From the sequence record PZ379183.1: DNA of 46,713 bases; one strand, 5' to 3'. Position numbers and translations under genes: made by a program. This stretch comes from a phage. The notes under the pieces are model-generated. The model was not told the origin of the DNA and did no database searches. It saw only the letters and a program-made list of their open reading frames with translations. Each line of letters starts with the position of its first letter. Position 1 is the stretch's first letter. Below, one piece after another: positions 7,434 through 16,354 of the stretch.

Positions 7434-8711
7434 ATGGTAAAAGCAGATTCATACGCCACGCAATTTCTTGGTGGCTCCAGTGATGGTAGCGAGATTTACG
7501 GGCACTTTGGCAACACGTATCTTACACCTCCTTTCGCTGATTCACTGTACGCATCAAACTCAATTGTACGCCGCATCGTCGACACCATACCGGAGACAGC
7601 AATCGCCGCAGGTTTCCATATCGATGGTATTGATGACGAAGGTGAATTCTGGTCCAGGTGGGATTACCTGAAGGTTAACGAGTCAATCTCTGACGCATGG
7701 TCATGGGCGAGGTTATTTGGCGGCTCTGCAATTGTGGCTATCGCTAAGGACAATCGTGCGCTAACTAGCCCGGTACGTGAAGGCGCGGAACTTGAATCAC
7801 TTCGCGTTTATGAGCGTAGCCAGGTAAGAGTTCAGACTAAGGAGGAAAACCCTCGCAATGTGCGATTCGGTAAGCCATTAACGTACCGCATCACGCCAGA
7901 AGGTGGCGCCATGTTTTATGATGTGCACTACTCGCGAGTTCACATTATGGATGGCGAGAAGATTCCTAGTTCATTGCGTCGCGGTAATGACGGGTGGGGT
8001 GCTAGCGTTCTGGTTCCTGACCTGCTTGAATCAATCAAGGATTATCAGACGTGTGAGAAACTGGCAACTCAGTTATTGCGCCGCAAGCAGCAGGCGGTGT
8101 GGAAGGCTAAAGGCCTTGCTGAACTGTGTGACGACGCGGAAGGTTTTGGTGCGGCCAGGTTGAGGCTTGCCCAGGTTGATGATAACTCTGGCGTTGGTCG
8201 CGCGATTGGTATCGACGCTGAAGCTGAAGAGTACAGCGTTCTTAACTCGGATATTGGTGGGATTGATGGATTCCTCGATAAGAAGTTCGACAGAATTGTT
8301 GCTCTGAGCGGTATCCATGAAATCATTCTCAAAGGTCGTAACGTTGGCGGGTTATCATCTAGCCAAAACACAGCGCTAGAGACATTCCATAAGTTGATTG
8401 ACCGCAAGCGTAACGAAGAGCTACTTCCAGTTCTTGGGTTCTTAATCCCGTTCGTCACAACCGAGCAAGAATGGTCAGTTGAGTTTAACCCTCTAGCTCA
8501 GGAATCGAAGAAAGACCGCGCTGAAGTACTGAAGAATAACGTTGATTCAATTACTGCTCTTATCACTAACGGCGTGATGGATGCAGACGAAGCACGAGAT
8601 ACCTTGCGCGCATTAGCCCCTGAGGTTAAGATTGGTGAAGGTTCAATTGAGACAGAGGTAACAATCAATGAAACCAGTGAAGACCCGCTGGAAGTACCCG
8701 CAGACAATTGA
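7434..8711 (+). CDS. portal protein
   Basis: ORF track 7407..8711, start moved to ATG after GGAG RBS because 7407 lies in the terminator hairpin; size and position after terminase. Confidence 0.75.
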   Translation: MVKADSYATQFLGGSSDGSEIYGHFGNTYLTPPFADSLYASNSIVRRIVDTIPETAIAAGFHIDGIDDEGEFWSRWDYLKVNESISDAWSWARLFGGSAIVAIAKDNRALTSPVREGAELESLRVYERSQVRVQTKEENPRNVRFGKPLTYRITPEGGAMFYDVHYSRVHIMDGEKIPSSLRRGNDGWGASVLVPDLLESIKDYQTCEKLATQLLRRKQQAVWKAKGLAELCDDAEGFGAARLRLAQVDDNSGVGRAIGIDAEAEEYSVLNSDIGGIDGFLDKKFDRIVALSGIHEIILKGRNVGGLSSSQNTALETFHKLIDRKRNEELLPVLGFLIPFVTTEQEWSVEFNPLAQESKKDRAEVLKNNVDSITALITNGVMDADEARDTLRALAPEVKIGEGSIETEVTINETSEDPLEVPADN

Positions 8712-9396
8712 GAATCAGGTAAACCGCAACCTTAGCGTTGCGGTAACTGAGCTAATATCTGCAATGAAAGAATCAGCTACGCGGCTTAAGATTGACACTG
8801 CCGAGGAGCTAGAGCAGGAAGATAATTATCTCGACGCAATCATAGCAGCGCTTATAGCTTCTGTTGTAGCTACACTTCCGGCAATTGGAGCGTCAATATA
8901 CAGGTATAATTCATCGCAGTTTCTTGTGCTGGCAATCAAGACTGGTGGCGGCTCGGTCCAGTCAGTTATGGACTTGAGACTTAACGGTATAAATGGAGAT
9001 GAAGATTGGTATCAGCCGGATTTAAACCAGTGGCTTTACACATCAAATAAGTCCGTTGAAAAGTTACTCAACAATATCAAGGACGACTTTATTCAGTCTG
9101 CATCAATCATACAGAGTGGTGACTACCTTAAGATTAACGAAAGGTACAAGATTTACCGCAAGAGAACTGCTAATATAGCCTCAGGCATCACGTCCAGTAT
9201 TAACTCTACGTTCATGCGCAGGAGGCTAGAGGATGCTGGTGTTACACATTACATTTGGCACGGCATGCTTGATGAAAGGGAGCGAATGACCCATTTCAAG
9301 AAAGAGGGCCTAAGCTTCAGGTTGGGCGGTAACGATCTCTTCCCTGGTCAGGAATACGGCTGTCGTTGTTGGGCTGTGCCGGATTGGGAGTCATAA
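8668..9396 (+). CDS. head morphogenesis / minor capsid protein (putative)
   Basis: Overlaps portal 3' end in another frame with GAGG RBS; position typical of SPP1 gp7/Mu F-like genes. Confidence 0.5.
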   Translation: MKPVKTRWKYPQTIENQVNRNLSVAVTELISAMKESATRLKIDTAEELEQEDNYLDAIIAALIASVVATLPAIGASIYRYNSSQFLVLAIKTGGGSVQSVMDLRLNGINGDEDWYQPDLNQWLYTSNKSVEKLLNNIKDDFIQSASIIQSGDYLKINERYKIYRKRTANIASGITSSINSTFMRRRLEDAGVTHYIWHGMLDERERMTHFKKEGLSFRLGGNDLFPGQEYGCRCWAVPDWES

Positions 9397-9444
9397 CATG
9401 AGGATGAAAGATGAATTCGATGGATTTTAGTGAGGAGAATTGGG

Positions 9445-10551
9445 ATGTATAAGAATCGCTTTGATACAGCAACATTCAAAGCCACCATTGACGAGAATGG
9501 TTTTCTCGTCGATACGCCAGTAGTAGCAAGGGTTGGTGTGCAGGTTTATTTCACAGAGGATGGTTCGACTGTTCGAGAGTTCAGGCCAGCAGAAGAAGTC
9601 TTCAAAGAGGAGTCGCTAGCCAGTTACCAGGGTAAGCCAATGACTCTTGACCACGTCTTTGTAAACTCCGATAACGCTAAAGACGTAGTGGTCGGCTCGG
9701 TAACTGGTAAAGCTGAGGCTCTAGGAAGTACGGTAATTGCGCCAATTGTCGTATACTCTCAAGAAGCTATTGACGAGGCTCGCTCAGGTAACGCTAAGGA
9801 ATTATCTGTAGGTTACTCGGCAGTTCTTGATGAAACTCCAGGTTGGGGCGACCCGGCAACTGGTAAGTACATTCTTAGGACTGACAACACGCAGGGTTTG
9901 GATATACCCCCTGACTGGCAAGAGTTCGACGCAATCCAGAGAGACATTAAGGTAAACCATTTAGCTATGGTCTTCAGGGGTAGGGCTGGAATTGCTAAGC
10001 TAAATATGGACGGGCAGCAAGAAAACCCGTATACTGACAACGTTGATTTAAATACTAAGGAAAACAAAATGACAGTTAAGATTAAGATTGACTCTGTTGA
10101 AGTTGAGGTGTCTAAAGAGGTTGCAGACCACATCTCCAAAATTAACTCCGCTGTTGAAGCACAGAAAGCTAAGGTTGATTCCATCGAAGCTGAGCGTGAC
10201 GCACTGAAAGCCAAAGTAGACGCAATGCCCGCTGAAATCGAGAAAGCAGTCAAAGCTGCCAAAGCTGACGCTGAAGCACTTGCCGCTCTGGTTACTGTAG
10301 CCACTGAAGCTGGTGTTAAGACTGATGGCCTGGATGCTAAAGGCATTAAGGTATTATACGTTAAAGAAGTTTCCGGCCTTGATGTTTCCGAGAAGTCCGA
10401 CGCATACATCGATGCAGCGTTCGACATTGCCAAAGATTCTGATAAAATGGCTGAAGTTCGCAAGGCAACCGCAGCTTCCGACAAATCTGATGCTGCCGAC
10501 GCACCTAAGAAATTAGACCCGCGCGCTCGTTTAGCAAAAATTAAAAAGTAA
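9445..10551 (+). CDS. scaffolding protein, possibly fused to prohead protease domain
   Basis: C-terminal half is Ala/Lys/Glu-rich coiled-coil-like (KAKVDSIEAERDALKAKVDAMPAEIEKAVKAAKADAEALAAL); start at ATG after GAGGAGAA RBS. Confidence 0.5.
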   Translation: MYKNRFDTATFKATIDENGFLVDTPVVARVGVQVYFTEDGSTVREFRPAEEVFKEESLASYQGKPMTLDHVFVNSDNAKDVVVGSVTGKAEALGSTVIAPIVVYSQEAIDEARSGNAKELSVGYSAVLDETPGWGDPATGKYILRTDNTQGLDIPPDWQEFDAIQRDIKVNHLAMVFRGRAGIAKLNMDGQQENPYTDNVDLNTKENKMTVKIKIDSVEVEVSKEVADHISKINSAVEAQKAKVDSIEAERDALKAKVDAMPAEIEKAVKAAKADAEALAALVTVATEAGVKTDGLDAKGIKVLYVKEVSGLDVSEKSDAYIDAAFDIAKDSDKMAEVRKATAASDKSDAADAPKKLDPRARLAKIKK

Positions 10552-10562
10552 GGAGATAGATA

Positions 10563-11093
10563 ATGGCAATTCGTTCTGTAGCACTGGCAGGTATGGTGGC
10601 TGATACTTCCCTGTACAATATCGATGGCGCTTGTGTAGTTGACGGTACTGCCGCCACACGTATCCCTGTTGGCACATTCGTGGGTGTTAGCACCGCTCAG
10701 CCTGTAGATGGTCACAAGGTTGTCGCCCTTCCAGCCGTATCAGGGACTGCAATTAAACCTTACGGTGTTGTTGTTCGTTCTCACTACGAGACTCCGGATG
10801 GTCAGGCTCGCGGCCTTGAAGCAGTTAACATCATGACCTCTGGCCGTATTTGGGTTCGCACCACTCTGTCTGCGGCTCCGGCATTTGGCGATAAAGTTTA
10901 CGTAAATGCTTCTGGTGTTGTGACAGCTAAAGCAGCTACTAAAACTTGGGAAACTGGTTACAAGTTCGCTGGTGGTTTCCTTTCTGGTTACGCTCCCGGA
11001 AGCGACCATATCAAGCAAGGTGAGAGCTACGACGGCGCTCTGGTTGAAGTTCAATTGATTCAATCCGCAGATTCGGTATTAGCTACTGCTTAA
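10563..11093 (+). CDS. capsid-associated protein (decoration or minor capsid, putative)
   Basis: AAGGAGA RBS; Gly/Ala/Val-rich 176-aa ORF between scaffold and major capsid, followed by strong terminator. Confidence 0.35.
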   Translation: MAIRSVALAGMVADTSLYNIDGACVVDGTAATRIPVGTFVGVSTAQPVDGHKVVALPAVSGTAIKPYGVVVRSHYETPDGQARGLEAVNIMTSGRIWVRTTLSAAPAFGDKVYVNASGVVTAKAATKTWETGYKFAGGFLSGYAPGSDHIKQGESYDGALVEVQLIQSADSVLATA

Positions 11094-11115
11094 CAATATT
11101 TGAATGCATGAATAA

Positions 11116-11136
11116 GCCTCCTTCGGGAGGTTTTTT
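11116..11136 (+). terminator. rho-independent terminator
   Basis: GCCTCC-TTCG-GGAGG hairpin followed by T6. Confidence 0.8.
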
Positions 11137-11178
11137 GTGTCTTTTGCCATCCAGATTTAAGCCTCATGTATGATGCTA

Positions 11179-11206
11179 TTGTAACAACCACAAAGTCGTG
11201 TATAAT
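11179..11206 (+). promoter_or_regulatory. sigma70-like promoter with extended -10 (TTGTAA-16-TGTATAAT)
   Basis: TTGTAA, 16-nt spacer ending in TG, then TATAAT, about 40 nt upstream of the major capsid ATG. Confidence 0.55.
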
Positions 11207-11244
11207 TGACTCGTACATACCTAACTGAAAAGGAATAAACAAGA

Positions 11245-12186
11245 ATGGCCATTAAATTTGATGCAGAACAAGCAAAAATCACCGCTCACCTTGAGCAAAT
11301 GGGTGTAGATAAAGCTGATGCTGCTGGTATCTGGACCGTCAAGCAGTTGACCGCCAACCTGGCGCGTGCGTACGAAGCAGAATATCCGGAAAACTCCGTA
11401 GTTAATATCTTCCCAGTAACTAACGAAATCCCGGCCCATGCAAAGTATTTTGAGTACCCTGAGTTTGACGGAACGGCAATCGCACAGATTATCGCTGATT
11501 ACTCTGATGACCTTCCGCTGGTTGATGCGTTCATGACCGAGAAGCAAGGCAAAGTTTTCCGTTTTGGTAACGCGTTCCTGATTTCCACCGACGAAATCAA
11601 AGCTGGCGCAGCAACTGGTCAGTCACTGTCAGCTCGTAAACAGGCTTTGGCTTTTGAAGCTCATGACAACCTGCTCGATAAACTGGTATGGTCTGGCTCT
11701 GCACCGCACGGCATTCCTGGCGTATTCAATGCGCCGAACGTTAACCAGGTTGTTGCTGGTACTTGGAACTCCGCGGCTGCTGCTATGACTGATATCACAG
11801 CGCTTATCGATGCTATCGAAACAGCTACCAATGGTGCTCACACCGCGACTGATATCCTGCTGCCTGCTTCCGCTCGCCGCCTGATGCAAGAACTGGTGCC
11901 GAACACCTCTATCAGCTACGCGCAGTTGTTTGCAACCAATAACTCCGGCATCACTCTGCGTTATCTGCAATTCCTGGATAACTACGACGGTGCTGGTGGC
12001 AAAGCTGCACTGGCATTTGAAAAAAATCCGCTCAACCTGAGTATTGAGATTCCGGAAGTGACGAACGTGCTACCTGGCCAGCCGAAGGATTTGCATTTCA
12101 AGTACCCGGTAACCTCTAAAGCGACGGGCTTGATCATCTATAGGCCGCTAACTGTATCAGTACTGAAGGGCATTACCTACGCCTAA
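11245..12186 (+). CDS. major capsid protein
   Basis: AAGGAATAAACAAGAATG start; 313-aa ORF flanked by a strong promoter and two terminators, typical of the most highly expressed structural gene. Confidence 0.75.
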   Translation: MAIKFDAEQAKITAHLEQMGVDKADAAGIWTVKQLTANLARAYEAEYPENSVVNIFPVTNEIPAHAKYFEYPEFDGTAIAQIIADYSDDLPLVDAFMTEKQGKVFRFGNAFLISTDEIKAGAATGQSLSARKQALAFEAHDNLLDKLVWSGSAPHGIPGVFNAPNVNQVVAGTWNSAAAAMTDITALIDAIETATNGAHTATDILLPASARRLMQELVPNTSISYAQLFATNNSGITLRYLQFLDNYDGAGGKAALAFEKNPLNLSIEIPEVTNVLPGQPKDLHFKYPVTSKATGLIIYRPLTVSVLKGITYA

Positions 12187-12193
12187 TAAATCG

Positions 12194-12215
12194 CCCTCTA
12201 CGGAGGGTTTTTTTT
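12194..12215 (+). terminator. rho-independent terminator
   Basis: CCCTC-TACG-GAGGG hairpin followed by T8. Confidence 0.8.
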
Positions 12216-12279
12216 CGCCTGTACCAAAATGATATGATGGGTTATAATCAACCATCAATTAATAAAAGGAGAGCAATAA

Positions 12280-12525
12280 ATGATTCGTTTAGAACACACT
12301 GGCGCGTGCATGATTACCTTTCGTGGAGTGAATTACATGCCAGGTGAATTCATTGAGGTTGAGGAAATCAACGCTGGACTTAAAAGCCTCATTGCAGAAG
12401 GTCGCTTGCAGGTTGATGGAGACGCGAAGGCAACCAAAGAGATTATCGCAGAGGTTAAATCAAAATCTAAGCGCAAAGAACCGAAGACCATTGACGAAGC
12501 TCAGACTGGTCAGGAATATAAATAA
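12280..12525 (+). CDS. hypothetical protein (81 aa)
   Basis: AAAGGAGAGCAATAAATG RBS; bracketed by terminators on both sides. Confidence 0.45.
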   Translation: MIRLEHTGACMITFRGVNYMPGEFIEVEEINAGLKSLIAEGRLQVDGDAKATKEIIAEVKSKSKRKEPKTIDEAQTGQEYK

Positions 12526-12531
12526 CCAAAT

Positions 12532-12553
12532 GGGCGCTTAGGCGTCCGTTTTT
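12532..12553 (+). terminator. rho-independent terminator
   Basis: GGGCGC-TTAG-GCGTCC hairpin followed by GTTTTT. Confidence 0.6.
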
Positions 12554-12566
12554 GTATGGAGGTTTT

Positions 12567-12962
12567 ATGAACGAACAAGCATTAGCCTTTATGAAGTCGC
12601 TGGTTCCTGCTCTTAAGAATATTCCAGATGAAACGCTGGACGTATGGCTTGAGTTAGCTAAGCTATACATCTGCACCAGTAAGTTTGGTGATGATGCTTA
12701 TAAAGCGCTGTCGCTATACACTCTGCACATTGCCTTTCTTGATGGCGCGCTTAAGCAGAATGAGTCGCTGGATGATTATGGCAAGAAGGTGGCAAGTTAC
12801 TCCCTGAGCGGTGAATTTTCTATCAGCTATGAATCCACCTCGCAAACTCAATCATCATTGACAGCTACGCCGTGGGGCCGACTTTACTGGAATCTCCTGC
12901 GCAAGAAAGGCGGCGGATTTGGCTTGATTACGTCCGCTGGGCGTGAGTGCGGTTGCCAATGA
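12567..12962 (+). CDS. head-tail connector / head completion protein (putative)
   Basis: ORF track 12552..12962, start at ATG after GGAGG; position in head-tail joining block. Confidence 0.45.
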   Translation: MNEQALAFMKSLVPALKNIPDETLDVWLELAKLYICTSKFGDDAYKALSLYTLHIAFLDGALKQNESLDDYGKKVASYSLSGEFSISYESTSQTQSSLTATPWGRLYWNLLRKKGGGFGLITSAGRECGCQ

Positions 12963-13330
12963 ATTACTCCCAAGTAGAATCATTAATGCGCACGGGCATC
13001 AATATCTTTAGTGATGGCGATGGTACATTCACGATGAATACTGGTAAAGGTGGTGTCGAAATTGTTGACGGCGTTGAGGTTCCTGTAGCTGGCGGCACTG
13101 CATTAATCAAGGGGCTGGTGAGGGAGATTAAAACCAGAGATATTGATGGCGAATATATCCAGTTTGGTGACAAGCGTGGAATTTTCACTTCTGAAGTCCC
13201 AATCTTGCAGGGCTACAGGATTATAGTTGAAGATGAAACTTACACTGTAGTCGACCCGAGGCCAGTCAAACCAACAGGAACTATAGTGGCTTACAGACCA
13301 ATTCTAAGGAGGGTTGCTACCTATGGCTAG
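12959..13330 (+). CDS. head-tail joining protein (putative)
   Basis: ATGA overlap with upstream gene; position. Confidence 0.4.
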   Translation: MNYSQVESLMRTGINIFSDGDGTFTMNTGKGGVEIVDGVEVPVAGGTALIKGLVREIKTRDIDGEYIQFGDKRGIFTSEVPILQGYRIIVEDETYTVVDPRPVKPTGTIVAYRPILRRVATYG

Positions 13331-13760
13331 AAATATTGGTGGGTTGGCTACATTTACGAATAGTATTGCTGATTGGATTGATAGAGCTGATGATAACTTC
13401 TCTGATATTGTTTCTGGCACTGTAATTAAGGCTGCTAACGCCATCGTTGATTTATCGCCTGTTGATACTGGTAGGTTTAAGGCTAACTGGCAGATTACAG
13501 CGAACTCCCCAGCCGCTCAGTCTCTGAATGATTACGACAAAACAGGTGGAGATACAAAAAGGTATCTGGCAAGGCAAGCTCGAGCTGTGGCTAATTCACC
13601 AGCGACAAAGGTTATCTACATAACTAACAGGCTTGATTACGCCTCTGACCTTGAGTATGGAGCGTCACGACAAGCTCCAGCAGGTGTCCTTGGCGTTGTG
13701 AATATCAGGTTAGGAAGATACTTCGAAGAGGCAGTTGCCGAAGCAAGGAGTAAAAGATAA
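13323..13760 (+). CDS. neck / tail completion protein (putative)
   Basis: ATG after AAGGAGGG RBS; position. Confidence 0.4.
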   Translation: MARNIGGLATFTNSIADWIDRADDNFSDIVSGTVIKAANAIVDLSPVDTGRFKANWQITANSPAAQSLNDYDKTGGDTKRYLARQARAVANSPATKVIYITNRLDYASDLEYGASRQAPAGVLGVVNIRLGRYFEEAVAEARSKR

Positions 13761-14158
13761 TGCAGTATGAGCTATCCTTAGCAGCAAGGAGGTTTGTGAC
13801 TGATTTGGTTGAAACGTTTCCAGTCAGGTATCCAATTTCCTATGAAAACGTAGCCTTCTCTCCTCCCAATAATGGTGGTATGTGGCTGAAATACGATTAC
13901 ACAGAGGCAGATACCGTAACCTACAGCCTGAGTCGCAAGTGTAAGTACTATGTTGGCATGGTTCAGGTATCCGTCTTTTTCTCACCAGGTGATGGTGTCG
14001 ACAGTGCAAGGAGATTAGCGAATCAATTGGCAGAATCAATGCTTGATGGTACAATGCTTGACACAGGCTACATTTATAAGGGCGGAGTAGTTCACCCAGT
14101 CGTGAAGTCAAAATCTGGCTGGTTTATTCCAGTTCGTTTCTATGTTCGTCTTGACTAA
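13760..14158 (+). CDS. tail terminator / tail-to-head joining protein (putative)
   Basis: AAGGAG RBS; position immediately before major tail region. Confidence 0.4.
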   Translation: MQYELSLAARRFVTDLVETFPVRYPISYENVAFSPPNNGGMWLKYDYTEADTVTYSLSRKCKYYVGMVQVSVFFSPGDGVDSARRLANQLAESMLDGTMLDTGYIYKGGVVHPVVKSKSGWFIPVRFYVRLD

Positions 14159-14168
14159 AAGGTTGCAA

Positions 14169-14651
14169 ATGAAAGAGTTCTTGAATTCTCTTTACGATTA
14201 TCGTGATGGTCAAATCTTTAAAAAAGGAAAAGGCAATCCTGCTGGTTATGGTTCTAGTAACGGATACGTAAAGACTTACGTATCAAAGACTGGTAAGATG
14301 TATATCCACAGGATTGTTTGGACGATGCATAATGGAGATATTCCTGAAGGCATGCAAATTGATCACTTAAACGGAAATCGAAGTGATAATCGCATTGAGA
14401 ATTTAAGGTGTGTTACTGCAACTGAAAATAGAAGGAATCAAGGCACTAGAAAACGTTCATTCCCAGGCGTTAATGGTGTAAACTACAATAATCGTGATAA
14501 CCTTTGGCATGCGATGATATCAGATAATGGCAAGAAAATTAGTCTTGGTCACTATAAGAGTTTCATATCCGCATGCGAAGCAAGAATTGTTGCTGAGGTA
14601 TCACTTGGTTATCACATAAATCACGCAAGCCGAGAAAGGCACGTATCTTAA
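14169..14651 (+). CDS. HNH homing endonuclease
   Basis: YIHRIVW...IDHLNGNRSDNRIENLR signature; paralogous to ORF 33821..34300; inserted inside the tail gene block. Confidence 0.75.
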   Translation: MKEFLNSLYDYRDGQIFKKGKGNPAGYGSSNGYVKTYVSKTGKMYIHRIVWTMHNGDIPEGMQIDHLNGNRSDNRIENLRCVTATENRRNQGTRKRSFPGVNGVNYNNRDNLWHAMISDNGKKISLGHYKSFISACEARIVAEVSLGYHINHASRERHVS

Positions 14652-14655
14652 GTCA

Positions 14656-15333
14656 TTGATTTGGAGGTGTATTATTGCTCATTTATCAAACGGCACTCAG
14701 GTCTTCGTAGAAGGCACTAGGGGAGCTGCTATCGACGTAACTGCAATTTCCAATGCTGTTACTCCTGTTTTAACTTTGTCCAGCGTTGCCGATATTGCAC
14801 GCGGTGATTACCTGCTATTTACCAGCTCAGCTTCGACCCTGCTGGCTGATAAGCAAGTTCGCGTTACCGAGGTATCTGGTTCAACCGTAACTGTTGAAGG
14901 TATTGATACCTCCAACACCACTAAGTTACCAGCTGGCTTAACTGGTGAAGTTGTTAAGATTCTTACTTGGTTTGAAGTTCCTTGTGTTCAGGACGTATCC
15001 ACTGATGGCGGCGAACAGCAGTTCGTTAACTTCCAGTGTTTATCTGATGATCGTGAGCAGCAGATTCCAACTTATAAGTCTGCGGTAACCAACACCTACA
15101 CGTTTGCGCACGAATACACCAACCCGGTATATCCGATTCTGCGTAACTATGACGAAGCTGGTACTGTTGTTGCTATTCGTCTGTTCGTACCTCGAGCTAG
15201 CGAGATGCGTCTCCAGTCTGGCACTATCGCTTTCAACGACACCCCAAGCATTGGTGTTAACGAAATCGAAACGGTATCCATCGCGGTATCTATCCGTGGT
15301 AGGTTGAGTTCTGTAGCTTCTGAACTGTCATAA
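14656..15333 (+). CDS. major tail protein (putative)
   Basis: 225-aa Thr/Val/Ser-rich ORF followed by strong terminator and preceding chaperone genes; start codon uncertain (TTG at 14656 or in-frame ATT after GGAGGTG). Confidence 0.55.
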   Translation: MIWRCIIAHLSNGTQVFVEGTRGAAIDVTAISNAVTPVLTLSSVADIARGDYLLFTSSASTLLADKQVRVTEVSGSTVTVEGIDTSNTTKLPAGLTGEVVKILTWFEVPCVQDVSTDGGEQQFVNFQCLSDDREQQIPTYKSAVTNTYTFAHEYTNPVYPILRNYDEAGTVVAIRLFVPRASEMRLQSGTIAFNDTPSIGVNEIETVSIAVSIRGRLSSVASELS

Positions 15334-15340
15334 ATATAAA

Positions 15341-15360
15341 CCCTCTTCGGAGGGTTTTTT
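15341..15360 (+). terminator. rho-independent terminator
   Basis: CCCTC-TTCG-GAGGG hairpin followed by T6. Confidence 0.8.
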
Positions 15361-15365
15361 ATTGA

Positions 15366-15382
15366 TAGCACTTTTTGTTAAA
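15366..15382 (+). promoter_or_regulatory. TAGCAC-N5-GCTAA motif copy (variant TAGCACTTTTTGTTAAAG)
   Basis: Followed by TGTATAGT and CATTCATCGAAACGAAA leader before ATG 15442. Confidence 0.5.
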
Positions 15383-15441
15383 GACCAAATCGCGGATTGC
15401 TGTATAGTTCATTCATCGAAACGAAATGAGATATTAGTGAA

Positions 15442-15690
15442 ATGAACAACGTTAAAAACATCATCAAACTTGCTGCTGCTCTTGGTGCTTTCTACCTGGC
15501 AATTCAGATTGTTAACCCAACTGGTGGCGAAACCGCAAACTCTGATGCAATAAAGTATGAACATGAATTTAATAGTGCATACTCGCATTGTGAAAAAGTA
15601 GCTGGCGATAAGACAAACCAGATTCTGCACTATGGTCGTGAAGTGTGCACCGAAGTTGCTCACAACATTGTAAAAAACGAATCAAAGTAA
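15442..15690 (+). CDS. small secreted/periplasmic protein (signal peptide, 2 Cys)
   Basis: N-terminal MNNVKNIIKLAAALGAFYLAIQIV hydrophobic signal-like segment; own motif-type promoter; inserted between major tail and chaperone genes. Confidence 0.45.
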   Translation: MNNVKNIIKLAAALGAFYLAIQIVNPTGGETANSDAIKYEHEFNSAYSHCEKVAGDKTNQILHYGREVCTEVAHNIVKNESK

Positions 15691-15725
15691 TATAATCATT
15701 CAACACAAACAAAGGAGATAACGAG

Positions 15726-16040
15726 ATGGCAAAATTTAAACTTTCACTTAAGGCGCTGCCTGACTTTAAACTTCCGGTTAAGTTTCAGTTAGCGAATGGT
15801 GAAGATGCAGAGGTGGTACTAACAGTTAAGCACAAGAAATCATCTGAACTTCAGGAGATTCTTAATCGTGAAAACTTCAGCACTAAAGAATTGATTAACG
15901 AAATCTGCTCTGACTGGGATTTAGAAGAACCATTTACCGATGAGAACGTAGATGAGTTTGCCAACCTTTTCCCTGGTGCCGTTCCATCACTGATGGATAG
16001 CTACATGAAAGCGCTAGCAGGTCAGCGAGTAAAAAACTAA
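15726..16040 (+). CDS. tail assembly chaperone (G-like)
   Basis: GGAGATAACGAGATG start; acidic 104-aa ORF immediately upstream of tape measure; ends at slippery heptamer. Confidence 0.6.
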   Translation: MAKFKLSLKALPDFKLPVKFQLANGEDAEVVLTVKHKKSSELQEILNRENFSTKELINEICSDWDLEEPFTDENVDEFANLFPGAVPSLMDSYMKALAGQRVKN

Positions 16041-16354
16041 AACGCGCAGTATACTTACAATACCAGTCACCGCCAACGGATGCTGAACTCGAAGCTATCG
16101 GAATGAAACGTTCCGATTATGAAGGTGATGAGCCTGAAGAGTTATACTTCGATGAAACAATGATGCAAAGCTGGGATGTGTACTGTGCCATGTCAACTCA
16201 ATGGCGAGTAGGGGCTTGCGGTGCCACAGGCCTTGATTATAATTGCCTTCCATTCTTGTTCAAAGTCTATAAAATAGATGATGACGAAATGGTACTTAAC
16301 GACATCAGAATACTTGAGGGTAAAGCCTTAGATATGATGAACGCCAAGAAATAG
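15726..16354 (+). CDS. tail assembly chaperone GT-like fusion via programmed -1 frameshift
   Basis: Slippery heptamer A-AAA-AAC at 16031-16037 in frame of upstream ORF; -1 frame is open from 16037 through ORF 16103..16354 with no stop (checked codon by codon). Confidence 0.55.

Noticed and set aside
9813-10715. 300-aa minus-strand ORF, and similar long antisense ORFs (154..585, 8069..8458, 17594..17911, 18091..18348)
   Set aside because: They lie fully inside well-supported plus-strand structural genes (scaffold, portal, tape measure) and have Ser/Ala/Thr-rich low-complexity translations typical of antisense frames of GC-biased coding sequence.
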